Shown here in pieces: positions 36,162-45,792 of a stretch of 64,000 bases of DNA (position 1 is its first letter; the number at the start of each line of letters is the position of its first letter). Origin of the DNA: Planctomycetota bacterium (GTDB lineage: Bacteria; Planctomycetota; UBA1135; UBA2386); the NCBI GenBank assembly GCA_947501605.1, contig CANMWZ010000001.1:224001-288000 (forward strand), written 5' to 3'. Both the position numbers and the translations under genes were made by a program. Under the pieces are notes generated by a model. It was given only the letters and a program-made list of their open reading frames with translations. It was not told the DNA's origin and searched no databases.

Positions 36162-37331
36162 ATGACGACACACGACCACTCCGCCCAGGGCTTCGGCACG
36201 CTGGCGATCCACGCTGGCCAGCAACCCGATCCGACGACCGGCGCCATCATGACGCCCGTCTACCTGACGAGCACCTACGTGCAGGAGGCGCCCGCCGTCA
36301 CCAAGGGCTACGATTACTCCCGCTCCCACAACCCCACGCGCACGGCGATGGAGCAGAACTTGGCAGCACTGGAAGGCGGCGCGTTCGGCCTCGGATTCAG
36401 CAGTGGCATGGCTGCGATCCACTGCGTGCTCAACCTGCTGAAGTCCGGCGACCACGTGGTGGCCGGCAACGACCTCTACGGCGGGACCTTTCGCATCCTC
36501 ACGACGGTGCACAAGAAGTTCGGGATCGACACGACGTTCGTCGATCTCTCGAACCTGCGTGAGTTCGAGTCGGCACTACGGCCCAACACCAAACTGGTGA
36601 TGCTGGAGAGCCCAACCAACCCACTGCTGCGCGTTTTCGATCTCGGCGCGATCGCCAAGACCTGCCGCGCGCGCGGCATCCTCACCTTGGCCGACAACAC
36701 CTTCGCGAGCCCGTACCTGCAGCAGCCGCTGAAGCACGGCTGCGACATCGTCGTCCACAGCCTGACCAAGTACCTGGGCGGCCACAGCGACTTGGTCGGC
36801 GGCGTCCTCGTCAACAACGACGCCGACCTGCACAAGCAGCTCGCGCACTTCCAGAACAGCGTCGGCGGCACTCCTGGCCCACTCGATTGCTTCCTGGTAC
36901 TTCGGGGCACGAAGACACTGCACGTGCGGATGGACCGGCACTGCCAGAACGCTCTCGCGGTCGCGAAGATGCTCGAAGCCCACCCGCGCGTCGATCGCGT
37001 GCACTACCCGGGACTACCCAGCCATCCGCAGCATGCGTTGGCGATGCGACAGATGCGGCTCGGCGGTGGCATGGTCTCCGTCGAACTCAAGGCGACGGTC
37101 GAACAAGGCAAGAAGGTGGCGAGCTCCTTTGGCGTGTTCTCGCTGGCGGAGAGCCTCGGCGGCGTCGAGAGCCTGGTCGATCACCCTGCGTCGATGACGC
37201 ACGCATCGATCCCCGCAGCAGAACGCCACAAGGCAGGACTGTCGGATGGACTCATCCGACTCTCCGTAGGCATCGAGGACGAGAAGGACCTTCTAGCGGA
37301 CATCGATCAGGCCCTGGCGCAGCTCCGCTGA
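36162..37331 (+). CDS. Cystathionine gamma-synthase/gamma-lyase (Cys/Met metabolism PLP enzyme)
   Basis: YDYSRSHNPT; FSSGMAAI; ESPTNP; DNTFASP; HSLTKYLGGHSD; SLGGVESL. Confidence 0.95.
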   Translation: MTTHDHSAQGFGTLAIHAGQQPDPTTGAIMTPVYLTSTYVQEAPAVTKGYDYSRSHNPTRTAMEQNLAALEGGAFGLGFSSGMAAIHCVLNLLKSGDHVVAGNDLYGGTFRILTTVHKKFGIDTTFVDLSNLREFESALRPNTKLVMLESPTNPLLRVFDLGAIAKTCRARGILTLADNTFASPYLQQPLKHGCDIVVHSLTKYLGGHSDLVGGVLVNNDADLHKQLAHFQNSVGGTPGPLDCFLVLRGTKTLHVRMDRHCQNALAVAKMLEAHPRVDRVHYPGLPSHPQHALAMRQMRLGGGMVSVELKATVEQGKKVASSFGVFSLAESLGGVESLVDHPASMTHASIPAAERHKAGLSDGLIRLSVGIEDEKDLLADIDQALAQLR

Positions 37332-37347
37332 CGCTGGGCCCCACGGA

Positions 37348-37375
37348 AAACCGGGGCCGGCTCAGGCTCCGGTTT
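37348..37375. terminator. Bidirectional terminator-like hairpin between convergent genes
   Basis: aaaccggggcc-ggctca-ggctccggttt, 11-bp stem with one G-U pair. Confidence 0.65.
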
Positions 37376-37438
37376 CACGGGTCCTGCGTGACGGAACTCC
37401 AGTGGTCCGACAACGCAGTCGTGCGCGACAACCGTCGC

Positions 37439-37825
37439 TCATGCCATTCCGGCTTCGCCGAGCTTGGGGGCACTCGCCGGGCGACGGGGCACTGGCATAT
37501 CGTCGTCATCGTCGTCGAGCGTCAGATCGCCGATGTCCTCACCGGACACCTTCTTACGCATGAGTCGACCCACCTTGAACTTGACGATGCGCTTGGCGGG
37601 TACCTCGACCTTCTCGAGCGTGCGCGGGTTCTGGGCGCGCCGAGCTGCGCGATCGCGCGACTCGAACACGCCGAACTCGCGGAACTCAAGGCGGTTGCCC
37701 TCGGACAACTCCTCGATGATGGCGTTCAGGAAGGACTGAATGATCTCTTTCGCCACGACCTTGGTAACACCGGTCCGGTCGGCGATCCTGTTGACGAGTT
37801 CTTTCTTGGTGACAGTTTTCACCAT
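37439..37825 (-). CDS. HU/IHF-family DNA-binding protein with acidic tail
   Basis: VTKKELVNRIA; RLEFREFGVF; RAQNPRTLEKVEVPAKRIVKFKVG. Confidence 0.96.
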   Translation of the reverse strand: MVKTVTKKELVNRIADRTGVTKVVAKEIIQSFLNAIIEELSEGNRLEFREFGVFESRDRAARRAQNPRTLEKVEVPAKRIVKFKVGRLMRKKVSGEDIGDLTLDDDDDDMPVPRRPASAPKLGEAGMA

Positions 37826-37953
37826 TTACCTCCGTGGAGAAGACACTTCTGAGTCGCAGCAGCGGCATGGGGCCGCGATCGCATTGGAAGTGCCTGCATC
37901 AAGTGCGGCGCCACTATACTGTTGCGGACGGGTTGGCGAGAGCCTCCCACCTC

Positions 37954-38700
37954 ATGTTGTCGTCGAGTAACGCTAGAGCGAAACTCAGGGAACTCGCGCG
38001 AGTCCTGGGTCTGGCGCGGACAGCGGACCTGGGCGATGCCGCCCTAGGCACGCCGGTAGCATGTTCGAAGTCGTCCTGGGTGCGTCGAGTTAGGATCGCC
38101 TCAGAAGACTACTATATAAAGACTTACGACTATCCGACCCTTCGGTCCCGATGGCGAGGCGCGCTGCGCAACACCGGGCCGCTGACGTCGAGCCGGGCGG
38201 CCCGTGAAGCCGATGCCTTGTCGTGGTTGCGAAGCCGTGGTTTCGCCGGACCCAAAGTCGCCTACTGGGAGGAAATCCGCATTCTCGGGTTCCTTCGACG
38301 TGCCATCCTGGTGACCGCGGCCTTCCCCGGGCAACCGCTCGACGCCGTCCTAGCCGTTGCCAACACCTCAGATCGGGCAGCCATCGGGTCCGCGCTCGGA
38401 CGCTTCGTAGCCCGCTTGCACCACTGCGGTTTTCGCGACGGCAACCTGGACCTGAGGAACCTGCTGCTGCACGACGACCGCTCAATCCTCACGGTGGCGA
38501 AGATCGACTCACCCAAGTTTCGGGTTGTCCGCCGCGGTCCCAGCGACGACCGGCTCACGCGCGCCGATTGGGCTCGACTGCTGCCACAGTTGGAGTGCCT
38601 ACGGATGGCCGGTCTAGTTCGAGCAGCTGCCGAGGAGTGGGCCGCGAACTCACCTGAGAGCCTCGATCCCAGGCACCGTCTCGGGGGTCGGGCCGAGTAG
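37954..38700 (+). CDS. Lipopolysaccharide kinase (Kdo/WaaP/InaA-like) family protein; start uncertain
   Basis: YYIKTY; SRAAREADAL; VARLHHCGFRDGNLDLRNLLL; KIDSP; RADWARL. Confidence 0.7.
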   Translation: MLSSSNARAKLRELARVLGLARTADLGDAALGTPVACSKSSWVRRVRIASEDYYIKTYDYPTLRSRWRGALRNTGPLTSSRAAREADALSWLRSRGFAGPKVAYWEEIRILGFLRRAILVTAAFPGQPLDAVLAVANTSDRAAIGSALGRFVARLHHCGFRDGNLDLRNLLLHDDRSILTVAKIDSPKFRVVRRGPSDDRLTRADWARLLPQLECLRMAGLVRAAAEEWAANSPESLDPRHRLGGRAE

Positions 38701-39750
38701 CGCCTCGATCTGCTTGAGGCGAAACGGGACCGCCAACGTTCGCTCGAAGTAGTCGTAGCCATCGACCGGACGGACGACCTGCTGGAACAACTGGAACGCG
38801 GCGCGAGCCTTCGGCCAGTGGCGTCGCTTTTGTTCGTCATCGCGCGGGAACGCATCGAAGTGCAAGTAGCCGATGTTGAGAGCCGCCCGCGCACTGTCAG
38901 GTCGCCGCTGGAGCACGTCGAGATACCCGCGCAATGCCTCGTCGAGGCGACCGGCGCGCCATTCGCACGCCGCCATGTCCATGCACACGGACTCGTCGAG
39001 TGGGTCTTCCGCCAGCAGTCGCTCGATCCAGGGTCGTGCCGCCTCAGGCTGGTCCAGGCGATACAGCGCCAACTGCACATAGGCCCGCGCCGTCGCGCGG
39101 TCGTTCGGCGCGGCGCGAAGGTAGTTCTCGTAAGCGCCCTGCGCCTCGGCAGTGCGACCGAGTTCGGTCAGACACTCCGCAAGTTCGACGTGAGCCGCAA
39201 GCAGTTTCGGGTGCCGCGCGATCGCTCGCTGGAAACTCTCGGCAGCATCCAGCAGGCGCCCGACGCCGCGGTTCAACCGGCCCTGTGCGAGCCAGGCCCA
39301 AGCGAAGTCAGGGTGCTTGCGAAGCAGGTCATCGACCGCACCCTTGCGGGCAAAGTTGGACGACAACAAGCGCGCCTTGGCGAAGGCAGGCAGTGGGGAT
39401 TCGTCAGAGTCGGCGAGCGCGGCGTACCAGGCGCGCATCTGTGCCTCGATTCCGCCGCCAACGTGCATCGCCGCGTCCTGATAGTAGGCCATCGCTTGCA
39501 CGTGCTCTGGGCAACGTGCGACGACCGTCTGAAGCAGCGGCACGGCGGCCGCGTCATCCCCAGCCTGCAGTTTGCCGAGCGCTTGCTCGTACGCGGCACG
39601 CCCCTCGGCGTCCGCGCAGGCGTCGAATCGCTGCGGGTCCTGCCGGTCGATCGGCGACATGACCGTTGGCGCCGCGCAGCCCATCCACAGCACCATGGCG
39701 AGCCATGCGAAACGCAGCAGTCGCCGCACCACTTGGATGGCCCAGATCAT
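38650..39750 (-). CDS. TPR-repeat lipoprotein
   Basis: Signal-like N-terminus ending WMGC; repeated TPR-like helices (AWAWLAQG, AAHVELAECL, RAALNIGYL). Confidence 0.8.
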   Translation of the reverse strand: MIWAIQVVRRLLRFAWLAMVLWMGCAAPTVMSPIDRQDPQRFDACADAEGRAAYEQALGKLQAGDDAAAVPLLQTVVARCPEHVQAMAYYQDAAMHVGGGIEAQMRAWYAALADSDESPLPAFAKARLLSSNFARKGAVDDLLRKHPDFAWAWLAQGRLNRGVGRLLDAAESFQRAIARHPKLLAAHVELAECLTELGRTAEAQGAYENYLRAAPNDRATARAYVQLALYRLDQPEAARPWIERLLAEDPLDESVCMDMAACEWRAGRLDEALRGYLDVLQRRPDSARAALNIGYLHFDAFPRDDEQKRRHWPKARAAFQLFQQVVRPVDGYDYFERTLAVPFRLKQIEALLGPTPETVPGIEALR

Positions 39751-40298
39751 CGAGCTTCGAGTACTCCGTTTCGCAACTGGAAGACGGATAGGTCCCGAAT
39801 CGCACCGCCCAGCGCCCAGACCATCGGCACCCCACTGGCAGTTAGGTCGAGCTTCGCCTCCATCTTGCCCTCGGTGCGCACACGGAGGATGGCGCGGCCA
39901 AGCACCGTGAACCGGGTGCCCTTTCCGCGAACAACACCATTCTCCGTCAACTCATCTGGTGCACCGATGCTCAGCACGATCGCGCCTTCAAGCCCTCCCG
40001 TCTTGTTGATCCACTCATACTCGTCAAAACCTCCGCTCTTCGACTTCCGCTCGCCCTGCATCCTCGAGTCGATCGCAGGCTGGGTCACGTTGACGAAGTA
40101 GTTGGGCGAGATCTCGACGACCAAATCGCCGCACGCGACATTGCTGTCGTTGAGCAGTGGCTGGAGCAGGTGCTGACTCCGAAGTTCCCACCGCGCGCGT
40201 TGCTGCCGCTCTTCCAGCGGCGACACGCTCGGTGCGGAACCGCACGCGGAAAGGAGCAAGAACAGCGCTGTGGAGATGCGAAGCGACGAGGTCAACAT
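39747..40298 (-). CDS. Hypothetical lipoprotein
   Basis: MLTSSLRISTALFLLLSAC lipobox; 4-nt ATGA overlap with the TPR gene. Confidence 0.65.
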   Translation of the reverse strand: MLTSSLRISTALFLLLSACGSAPSVSPLEERQQRARWELRSQHLLQPLLNDSNVACGDLVVEISPNYFVNVTQPAIDSRMQGERKSKSGGFDEYEWINKTGGLEGAIVLSIGAPDELTENGVVRGKGTRFTVLGRAILRVRTEGKMEAKLDLTASGVPMVWALGGAIRDLSVFQLRNGVLEAR

Positions 40299-40339
40299 GG
40301 AATCCGCGGGATGCACGAGGAGATGCATCGGAAGGCACT

Positions 40340-41326
40340 TCAGCTACGGGGCGCGCCGAGACCGACTCGTTCGCGCACCAGGACCATTGTCTTCTCGGCC
40401 TCCGCACGCGCGCGGTGCGCACCCGCGGCAAGAATCTCCTCGAGTCGGCGCGGTTGCTCCCGCAGTACCGCTGCGCGTTCGCGGATCGGCCCTTTCACGA
40501 CCTCGAGATTCTGCGCCAGCAACTTCTTGCAGTCGACGCAGCCCAATTGAGCCGAACGGCAGCCGGTCGCAATCGCAGCCCGCTGCACCTCGCCGGTGAA
40601 AAAGCCGTGGTAGCTGTAGATGTTGCAGACCTCCGGCGTGCCCTTGTCGGTTTTGCGCAGCCGCGCAGGGTCGGTCTTCGCGCCACGCAGCTTCAGCATC
40701 GTCTCGTCGGCGGTCTCGAACAGCCCGATCTCGTTGTTGCGGCTCTTCGACATCTTCGATTCGCCATCAAGCCCCATCACTCGCGGGGCGGAGCTCTTCA
40801 CGACCTGCGGCTCCGGGAAGGTCTCCCCGTAGACGTGGTTGAACCGACGAACGGTCTCACGAGCGAGTTCGAGATGCTGCTCCTGGTCTTCGCCCACCGG
40901 CACCCGATCGGCACGATAGAGCACGATGTCGGCGGTTTGGAGCACTGGATAGGTGAACAGGCCCGTGTTGATGTTGTCAGGCTGGTGCTGACTCTTGTCC
41001 TTGAACTGCGTCATGCGGTTCAAATCGCCGAGGGGGGTGAGGCACGTCAGCACCCACGCCAGTTCGGTGTGTTGTGGGACATGTGACTGCACGAAGACTG
41101 TCGCGCGTTCAGGATCGACCCCCGACGCCAAAACTCCGATGGCCACCTCGCGAACGGCGTGGCGAAGCGCCGCGGGCTCCGGGCGGCCGGTCAGCGCATG
41201 AAGATCGACGATGCTGAAGTACGCTTCGTACTGATCTTGCAGGCGCACCCAGTTGACGAGGGCCCCGAGGTAGTTGCCGATGTGCAGGTTTCCGGTCGGC
41301 TGAACGCCAGACATGATGCGCGCCAT
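40340..41326 (-). CDS. trpS: Tryptophan--tRNA ligase
   Basis: SGVQPTGNLHIGNYLGA; YPVLQTADI; VPVGEDQ; KMSKS. Confidence 0.98.
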   Translation of the reverse strand: MARIMSGVQPTGNLHIGNYLGALVNWVRLQDQYEAYFSIVDLHALTGRPEPAALRHAVREVAIGVLASGVDPERATVFVQSHVPQHTELAWVLTCLTPLGDLNRMTQFKDKSQHQPDNINTGLFTYPVLQTADIVLYRADRVPVGEDQEQHLELARETVRRFNHVYGETFPEPQVVKSSAPRVMGLDGESKMSKSRNNEIGLFETADETMLKLRGAKTDPARLRKTDKGTPEVCNIYSYHGFFTGEVQRAAIATGCRSAQLGCVDCKKLLAQNLEVVKGPIRERAAVLREQPRRLEEILAAGAHRARAEAEKTMVLVRERVGLGAPRS

Positions 41327-41566
41327 TGCGGCAGCATCTGACTCCGCTGGAGTGAACGCTGCAAGTGCGGCGTTGCGCCACTTCGCGCGTCGCGTCGCGC
41401 GGTTCGCGCCTTTGTTCATGTCGGTGGATTGCTGTTCCGCGAACTACATCCCCGGCAGTATGGTGTGGCCGCGATGATGAGGTTGGGCGGACCACCGCGA
41501 CCGGCAACGGCTGCGGTGCATGGTGGCATGGTGCACGCTCCCGCGGCGCACTCCTGCAGCACATGC

Positions 41567-43057
41567 ATGTGGACAGAGCGCGGCCTTCGATTCCGACGCT
41601 CGGCGTTGGCGCTCGTACTCTTCCTACCCGCACTCGCTGGTTGCGCCCTCGTCCCCAAGGAGTTGAACCTCACGCCGCTGTGGTTCCACCGCCTCGACGA
41701 GAACGGGCAGATGCTCGAAGCGGATGCGCTGTGGCCGATCGTGCACTACGAGCGCACGCCCGATGGCGGCGACGACTTCCGGATCAGACCGTTGTGGCGA
41801 CGCGTGACCGAGCCCGAACTCGAGGCCGTCGAACACCAGTTCCTCTGCCCTCTCGGTCGCATCCGCAGCGATTCGACCGAGACCTCGCATCGGCTGTTCC
41901 CGCTCTGGAGCTGGCGCAACCACGTGGACGACAACGGCTACCAGGACATTGACTGGTACGCAGTGTTCCCGTTCCTGTGGGGTGGCTGGCACGAGCGCGA
42001 TCGGGAGAACTACTTCGCGTTCCTGCCCTTCTACGCTGACATCCCGCAGTTTCTGACGTACGACCGCTTCCGCAGTTACCTCTTCCCGTTCTACGTCGGA
42101 CTCGACAAAGAAGGCCACCACCACACGCTGCTGCTGTGGCCCTTCGTCGGTTTCTCGCACTGCGCCGAAGGCCACCACAGCTGGTTCCGCGTGTTCCCGT
42201 TCTACGGCCACGACATCGATGAGGGCCGCCACACCCGACGCTTCGTGCTCTGGCCATTCGTGAGTTGGGGCGTCGAAAACGAGGACTCGCCGAGGCGCGA
42301 GCCGGTGTCGTCGTTCTGGTTCTGGCCATTCTTCGGCATCAAGTCGAGCCGTGAGGTGTCCGGGCTCTCCATTCTGTGGCCGCTGTTCGAACGCGTGTCT
42401 GACGAAGGTCGATTCACCCGGATCAACCTCTTGTGGCCTCTGTTTCACTATTACGACGCGCCCTTCGACCAGAACCTGAATCAGTGGTGGCTGTGGCCGT
42501 TCGTCGGACGCGCCGATAGTGATGACCAGCACAACTGGTCGTTCCTCTGGCCCCTCATCTGGTGGCGTCACTACGACGACCCCGACCAGACCACCGATCA
42601 GCAGTGGGTCCTGCCGCTGTTCTGGCACGTGCGTCAACAGTTCGAGTCCGGCGAGAACGAAGACCACCTCAAACTCTGGCCCGTCGCACACCGCACCGTT
42701 TTGCGCAACGAGAGCGGCGAGCGCCTGTCCGGCGACTGGAGCATGCTGTCACCGCTCCCTGCGCGCGGGACCAATGCGACCGGGTGGGAGGAGGCATACG
42801 GTTTTCTCTGGCAGTTCGCTGCCGGTCGGCAGCGCGCCCCGGATGACCACGCAATCGACGTGTTCGGGCGCCTCTTCACGCGCCGTGAGCGAACGGCGCT
42901 CACCACTGCGAGCATGCCGTTCCTGTTCAACTACGAAGCCGGCGACGACGGCAGCGTACTGCGAGTGCTTCAGTTCTTGCCGATCCGGCTGTCGTCGACC
43001 TCTCGGGCAACCCCTGAAGTGCCCACCAGCGACGCTGTCGCCAAGGCAACGCGATGA
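41567..43057 (+). CDS. Hypothetical lipoprotein with about 18-20 aromatic [LF][WF]P[LF] repeats
   Basis: MWTERGLRFRRSALALVLFLPALAG|C lipobox; repeats ALWPI, RLFPL, LLWPF, VLWPF, WFWPF, ILWPL, FLWPL, KLWPV and others; ATGA overlap with mlaE. Confidence 0.8.
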   Translation: MWTERGLRFRRSALALVLFLPALAGCALVPKELNLTPLWFHRLDENGQMLEADALWPIVHYERTPDGGDDFRIRPLWRRVTEPELEAVEHQFLCPLGRIRSDSTETSHRLFPLWSWRNHVDDNGYQDIDWYAVFPFLWGGWHERDRENYFAFLPFYADIPQFLTYDRFRSYLFPFYVGLDKEGHHHTLLLWPFVGFSHCAEGHHSWFRVFPFYGHDIDEGRHTRRFVLWPFVSWGVENEDSPRREPVSSFWFWPFFGIKSSREVSGLSILWPLFERVSDEGRFTRINLLWPLFHYYDAPFDQNLNQWWLWPFVGRADSDDQHNWSFLWPLIWWRHYDDPDQTTDQQWVLPLFWHVRQQFESGENEDHLKLWPVAHRTVLRNESGERLSGDWSMLSPLPARGTNATGWEEAYGFLWQFAAGRQRAPDDHAIDVFGRLFTRRERTALTTASMPFLFNYEAGDDGSVLRVLQFLPIRLSSTSRATPEVPTSDAVAKATR

Positions 43058-43848
43058 ATCCTTTCTCGTTCACCGGCACTGCATTGAGGTCGCGCATCGA
43101 CAGCGCTGGCTTCGTCGTCGACCTGCTGGTGCGGACCGTCACGTCGTTGCCGTACCTCGGCCGGCGCCGACGATTCGCCCTCGACATGGCATTCAACGCC
43201 GGCGTACGGGCGCTGCCGGTGACCATGATCGTCGCAGCATTCGCCGGCGCGATCCTGGCGATGCAGACAGGTATCGAGCTTCGCCGCTTCGGGGACACTG
43301 GCGTTCTCGGCACGATTACGGCCTTGTCGATGTGCCGCGAGATGGGCCCGTTCATCACCGGGGTCATCCTGGCCGCAACGGTCGGGTCCTCGATGGCCGC
43401 CGAAGTCGGCACCATGAAGGTCAGCGACGAGATCAGTGCACTCGAGGTGATGTCGGTCGACCCCGTCAATTACCTGGTGCTGCCGCGCGTCGTAGCGCTG
43501 GCGATCATGTGCCCGACGCTGACCGCGCTGTCCAACCTCGTCGGCATCTTCGGCGGCAGCATCATCGCGCAGCAGAACCTCGGCGTTTCGCAAAGCCGCT
43601 TCTGGATGTCCGCGCAAGACGCCTTGACCTCGTCAGCCATGCTGCTGCCGAAGGAACTCTATGTCGGCCTGTTCAAGGCGCTGATTTTCGGCATCGCCAT
43701 CTCGGTCGTCAGCTGCGCGGCAGGACTTCGCGCAACGGGCGGCGCACTCGGCGTTGGTCTCGCGGTGCAGACCGCAGTCCGCAACTCGGTACTCCTGATC
43801 ATCGTGCTCGGGTTCATCGTCACCTGGTTCTTCTACTTTCTCGAGTGA
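43054..43848 (+). CDS. mlaE: MlaE-family ABC transporter permease
   Basis: REMGPFITGVILAATVGSSMAAEVGTMKVSDEISALEVMSVDP; YLVLPRV; GGALGVG. Confidence 0.95.
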   Translation: MNPFSFTGTALRSRIDSAGFVVDLLVRTVTSLPYLGRRRRFALDMAFNAGVRALPVTMIVAAFAGAILAMQTGIELRRFGDTGVLGTITALSMCREMGPFITGVILAATVGSSMAAEVGTMKVSDEISALEVMSVDPVNYLVLPRVVALAIMCPTLTALSNLVGIFGGSIIAQQNLGVSQSRFWMSAQDALTSSAMLLPKELYVGLFKALIFGIAISVVSCAAGLRATGGALGVGLAVQTAVRNSVLLIIVLGFIVTWFFYFLE

Positions 43849-44576
43849 TGATCGAACTGCGAGACGTCACCAAGCGCCTGGGCACGCGCCAGATCCTGGA
43901 GGGGATGACCTTTGCGGTCCCCAAAGGGATGAACTACGTGCTGATGGGTCCATCCGGAACCGGCAAGAGCGTGACGCTGCGCCACGTGATCGGCATCCTC
44001 AAGCCCGACCAAGGCTCCGTGCAGGTCGATGGCCAGGAAGTTCCGGCCATGGATCGGGAGCAGTTGATGGCCTTGCGCCGAAGAATGGGCTACCTGTTCC
44101 AGAACGGCGCGCTGATCAACTGGCTCTCGGTAGAACAGAACGTCGCACTACCCCTTGAGGAACATAGCAAACTGGGCAAGGGTGAGGTGCGCGACCGCGT
44201 TCACGAAGTGCTGCGCATGGTCGGCTTGCAACAAGCGGCCGAGCAGTTTCCGCCGAGCATCAGCGGCGGCATGAAGCTGCGCGCCGGGCTTGCTCGCGCA
44301 CTGGTCACGCAGCCGGAGTATGTGCTCTACGACGAGCCCAATGCCGGCCTCGACCCCATCATCAGCCACCAGATTCACCAACTGATCGCCGAAGTGCGCG
44401 ACCGCCTCGGCGTTACGGGCTTGCTCGTCACGCACTCGCGCGCGTGCGCGACCGAATGCGGCGATCGCATCGGCATCATCGAGAAGGGCAAGATCGCCAT
44501 CGAAGGCACCGTCGAGGAGATGATCGCGAGCGACCATCCTCTGGCCAAGGCCTTCCTCGGCGGCGGCTCGGACTGA
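43848..44576 (+). CDS. mlaF: MlaF-family ABC transporter ATP-binding protein
   Basis: TGATG-coupled start MIELRDV; GPSGTGKS; FQNGAL; ISGGMKLRAGLARAL; YDEPNAGLDP. Confidence 0.93.
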   Translation: MIELRDVTKRLGTRQILEGMTFAVPKGMNYVLMGPSGTGKSVTLRHVIGILKPDQGSVQVDGQEVPAMDREQLMALRRRMGYLFQNGALINWLSVEQNVALPLEEHSKLGKGEVRDRVHEVLRMVGLQQAAEQFPPSISGGMKLRAGLARALVTQPEYVLYDEPNAGLDPIISHQIHQLIAEVRDRLGVTGLLVTHSRACATECGDRIGIIEKGKIAIEGTVEEMIASDHPLAKAFLGGGSD

Positions 44577-44622
44577 AGGAGAGACCTACTGCGATGAGCA
44601 CGACCCGACGGAGACTGACCGC

Positions 44623-45792
44623 ATGAACCGCATGCAACGTGACACGGTGCTCGGCATCGTGTTCTTTGGCACCCTGGCCTTCCTGCTGTGGGCCACGGTC
44701 AACCTGACCGACGTGTCGCTCGGCAAGCGCCCACCGCTGCAGGTCTTCTTCTCTGACGCTGGCGGCATCCGAGTGGGTGACCCCGTGCTGCTGCTCGGCA
44801 AGCCGGTCGGCAAAGTGTCGCAAATCGACTTCCTGCGTGAGCGCCAGCAGCGGCGCATGCGGCTCACCCTCCTCGCGCAAGAGGACCTCGCCTTGACCGA
44901 GAAAGCGCGCGTCGAGATCCAGGACAGCGGCGTGCTCGGCGGCAAGCAGATCTACATCGATCCAGGCCAGGGATCTGACTGGCCCCAAGGTCGCGAACTC
45001 GAGGGCACGACAACAGGCAACGCGCTGGCCTCGGCCGGCAAGTTCTTTGACGGCGAAGGTCCCAGCGGCAAGGAGTTGAAGGACGCGCTCACCGAGATCC
45101 GGCTGTTCTTCCAGAACCTGAACAACCCCGAGACTTCGTCGGTCGGTGCCCTGATCAACCGACGAGATCTCTACGACGAAGTCGAGACCGCGGTGAAGAG
45201 CGTCAACCGCTTGCTCGATGCCGTGAAGAACGGCGAGGGTTTCCTCGGCAGCATCATCATGAACAAGACCCTGCGCGATGACTCGGCACGGTTCGTTGCC
45301 AACCTCGCAACCGTCAGTGACCAACTCAACCGGACCAACAACGCCCTCGGCCGCCTGCTCAACGACAAGGAGATGTCCGATCACCTTGCGCGGCTTGCCT
45401 ACAACCTCGACGCGATCGCCAACCGAGCCGCTGAAGGCAGAGGGATCGTCGGTCGCCTGGTCAACGATGAGGCCCTCGCCGACCAACTCACCACCGCGAT
45501 TGAGTCGCTCGCCAGCGTGTTGCAGAAGGCCAACGACCCCACAGCCGGGGCGATCGGAGCCGCTTTGGGCGACCAGGAACTGAAGAACGACCTCCGCGGC
45601 GTGGTCGCAAATCTCCGCTCGGTGACCGCCAAGCTCGACGAGGGCAAGGGCCTGCTGTCCGTGCTCATCAACGACGAGGACATGGGTATCCGCTTCCGCC
45701 GCATCCTGACTCAGGTGTCGCGCGCCCTCGAGGACGCCCGCGAGGCTGCGCCGATCGGAAACTTCGTTCAGGTTCTGTTCGGAGCGTTCTGA
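44623..45792 (+). CDS. mlaD: MlaD/MCE-family protein with six 34-35 aa helical repeats
   Basis: N-terminal TM, MCE domain (FSDAGGIRVGDPV...GVLGGKQIYIDPG), then repeats of G..G.L[IL]ND. Confidence 0.92.
   Translation: MNRMQRDTVLGIVFFGTLAFLLWATVNLTDVSLGKRPPLQVFFSDAGGIRVGDPVLLLGKPVGKVSQIDFLRERQQRRMRLTLLAQEDLALTEKARVEIQDSGVLGGKQIYIDPGQGSDWPQGRELEGTTTGNALASAGKFFDGEGPSGKELKDALTEIRLFFQNLNNPETSSVGALINRRDLYDEVETAVKSVNRLLDAVKNGEGFLGSIIMNKTLRDDSARFVANLATVSDQLNRTNNALGRLLNDKEMSDHLARLAYNLDAIANRAAEGRGIVGRLVNDEALADQLTTAIESLASVLQKANDPTAGAIGAALGDQELKNDLRGVVANLRSVTAKLDEGKGLLSVLINDEDMGIRFRRILTQVSRALEDAREAAPIGNFVQVLFGAF

Noticed and set aside
42519..43847. Apparent 440-aa N-terminal extension of the MlaF ORF
   Set aside because: It overlaps the repeat lipoprotein and mlaE out of frame; the real start is the TGATG-coupled ATG at 43848
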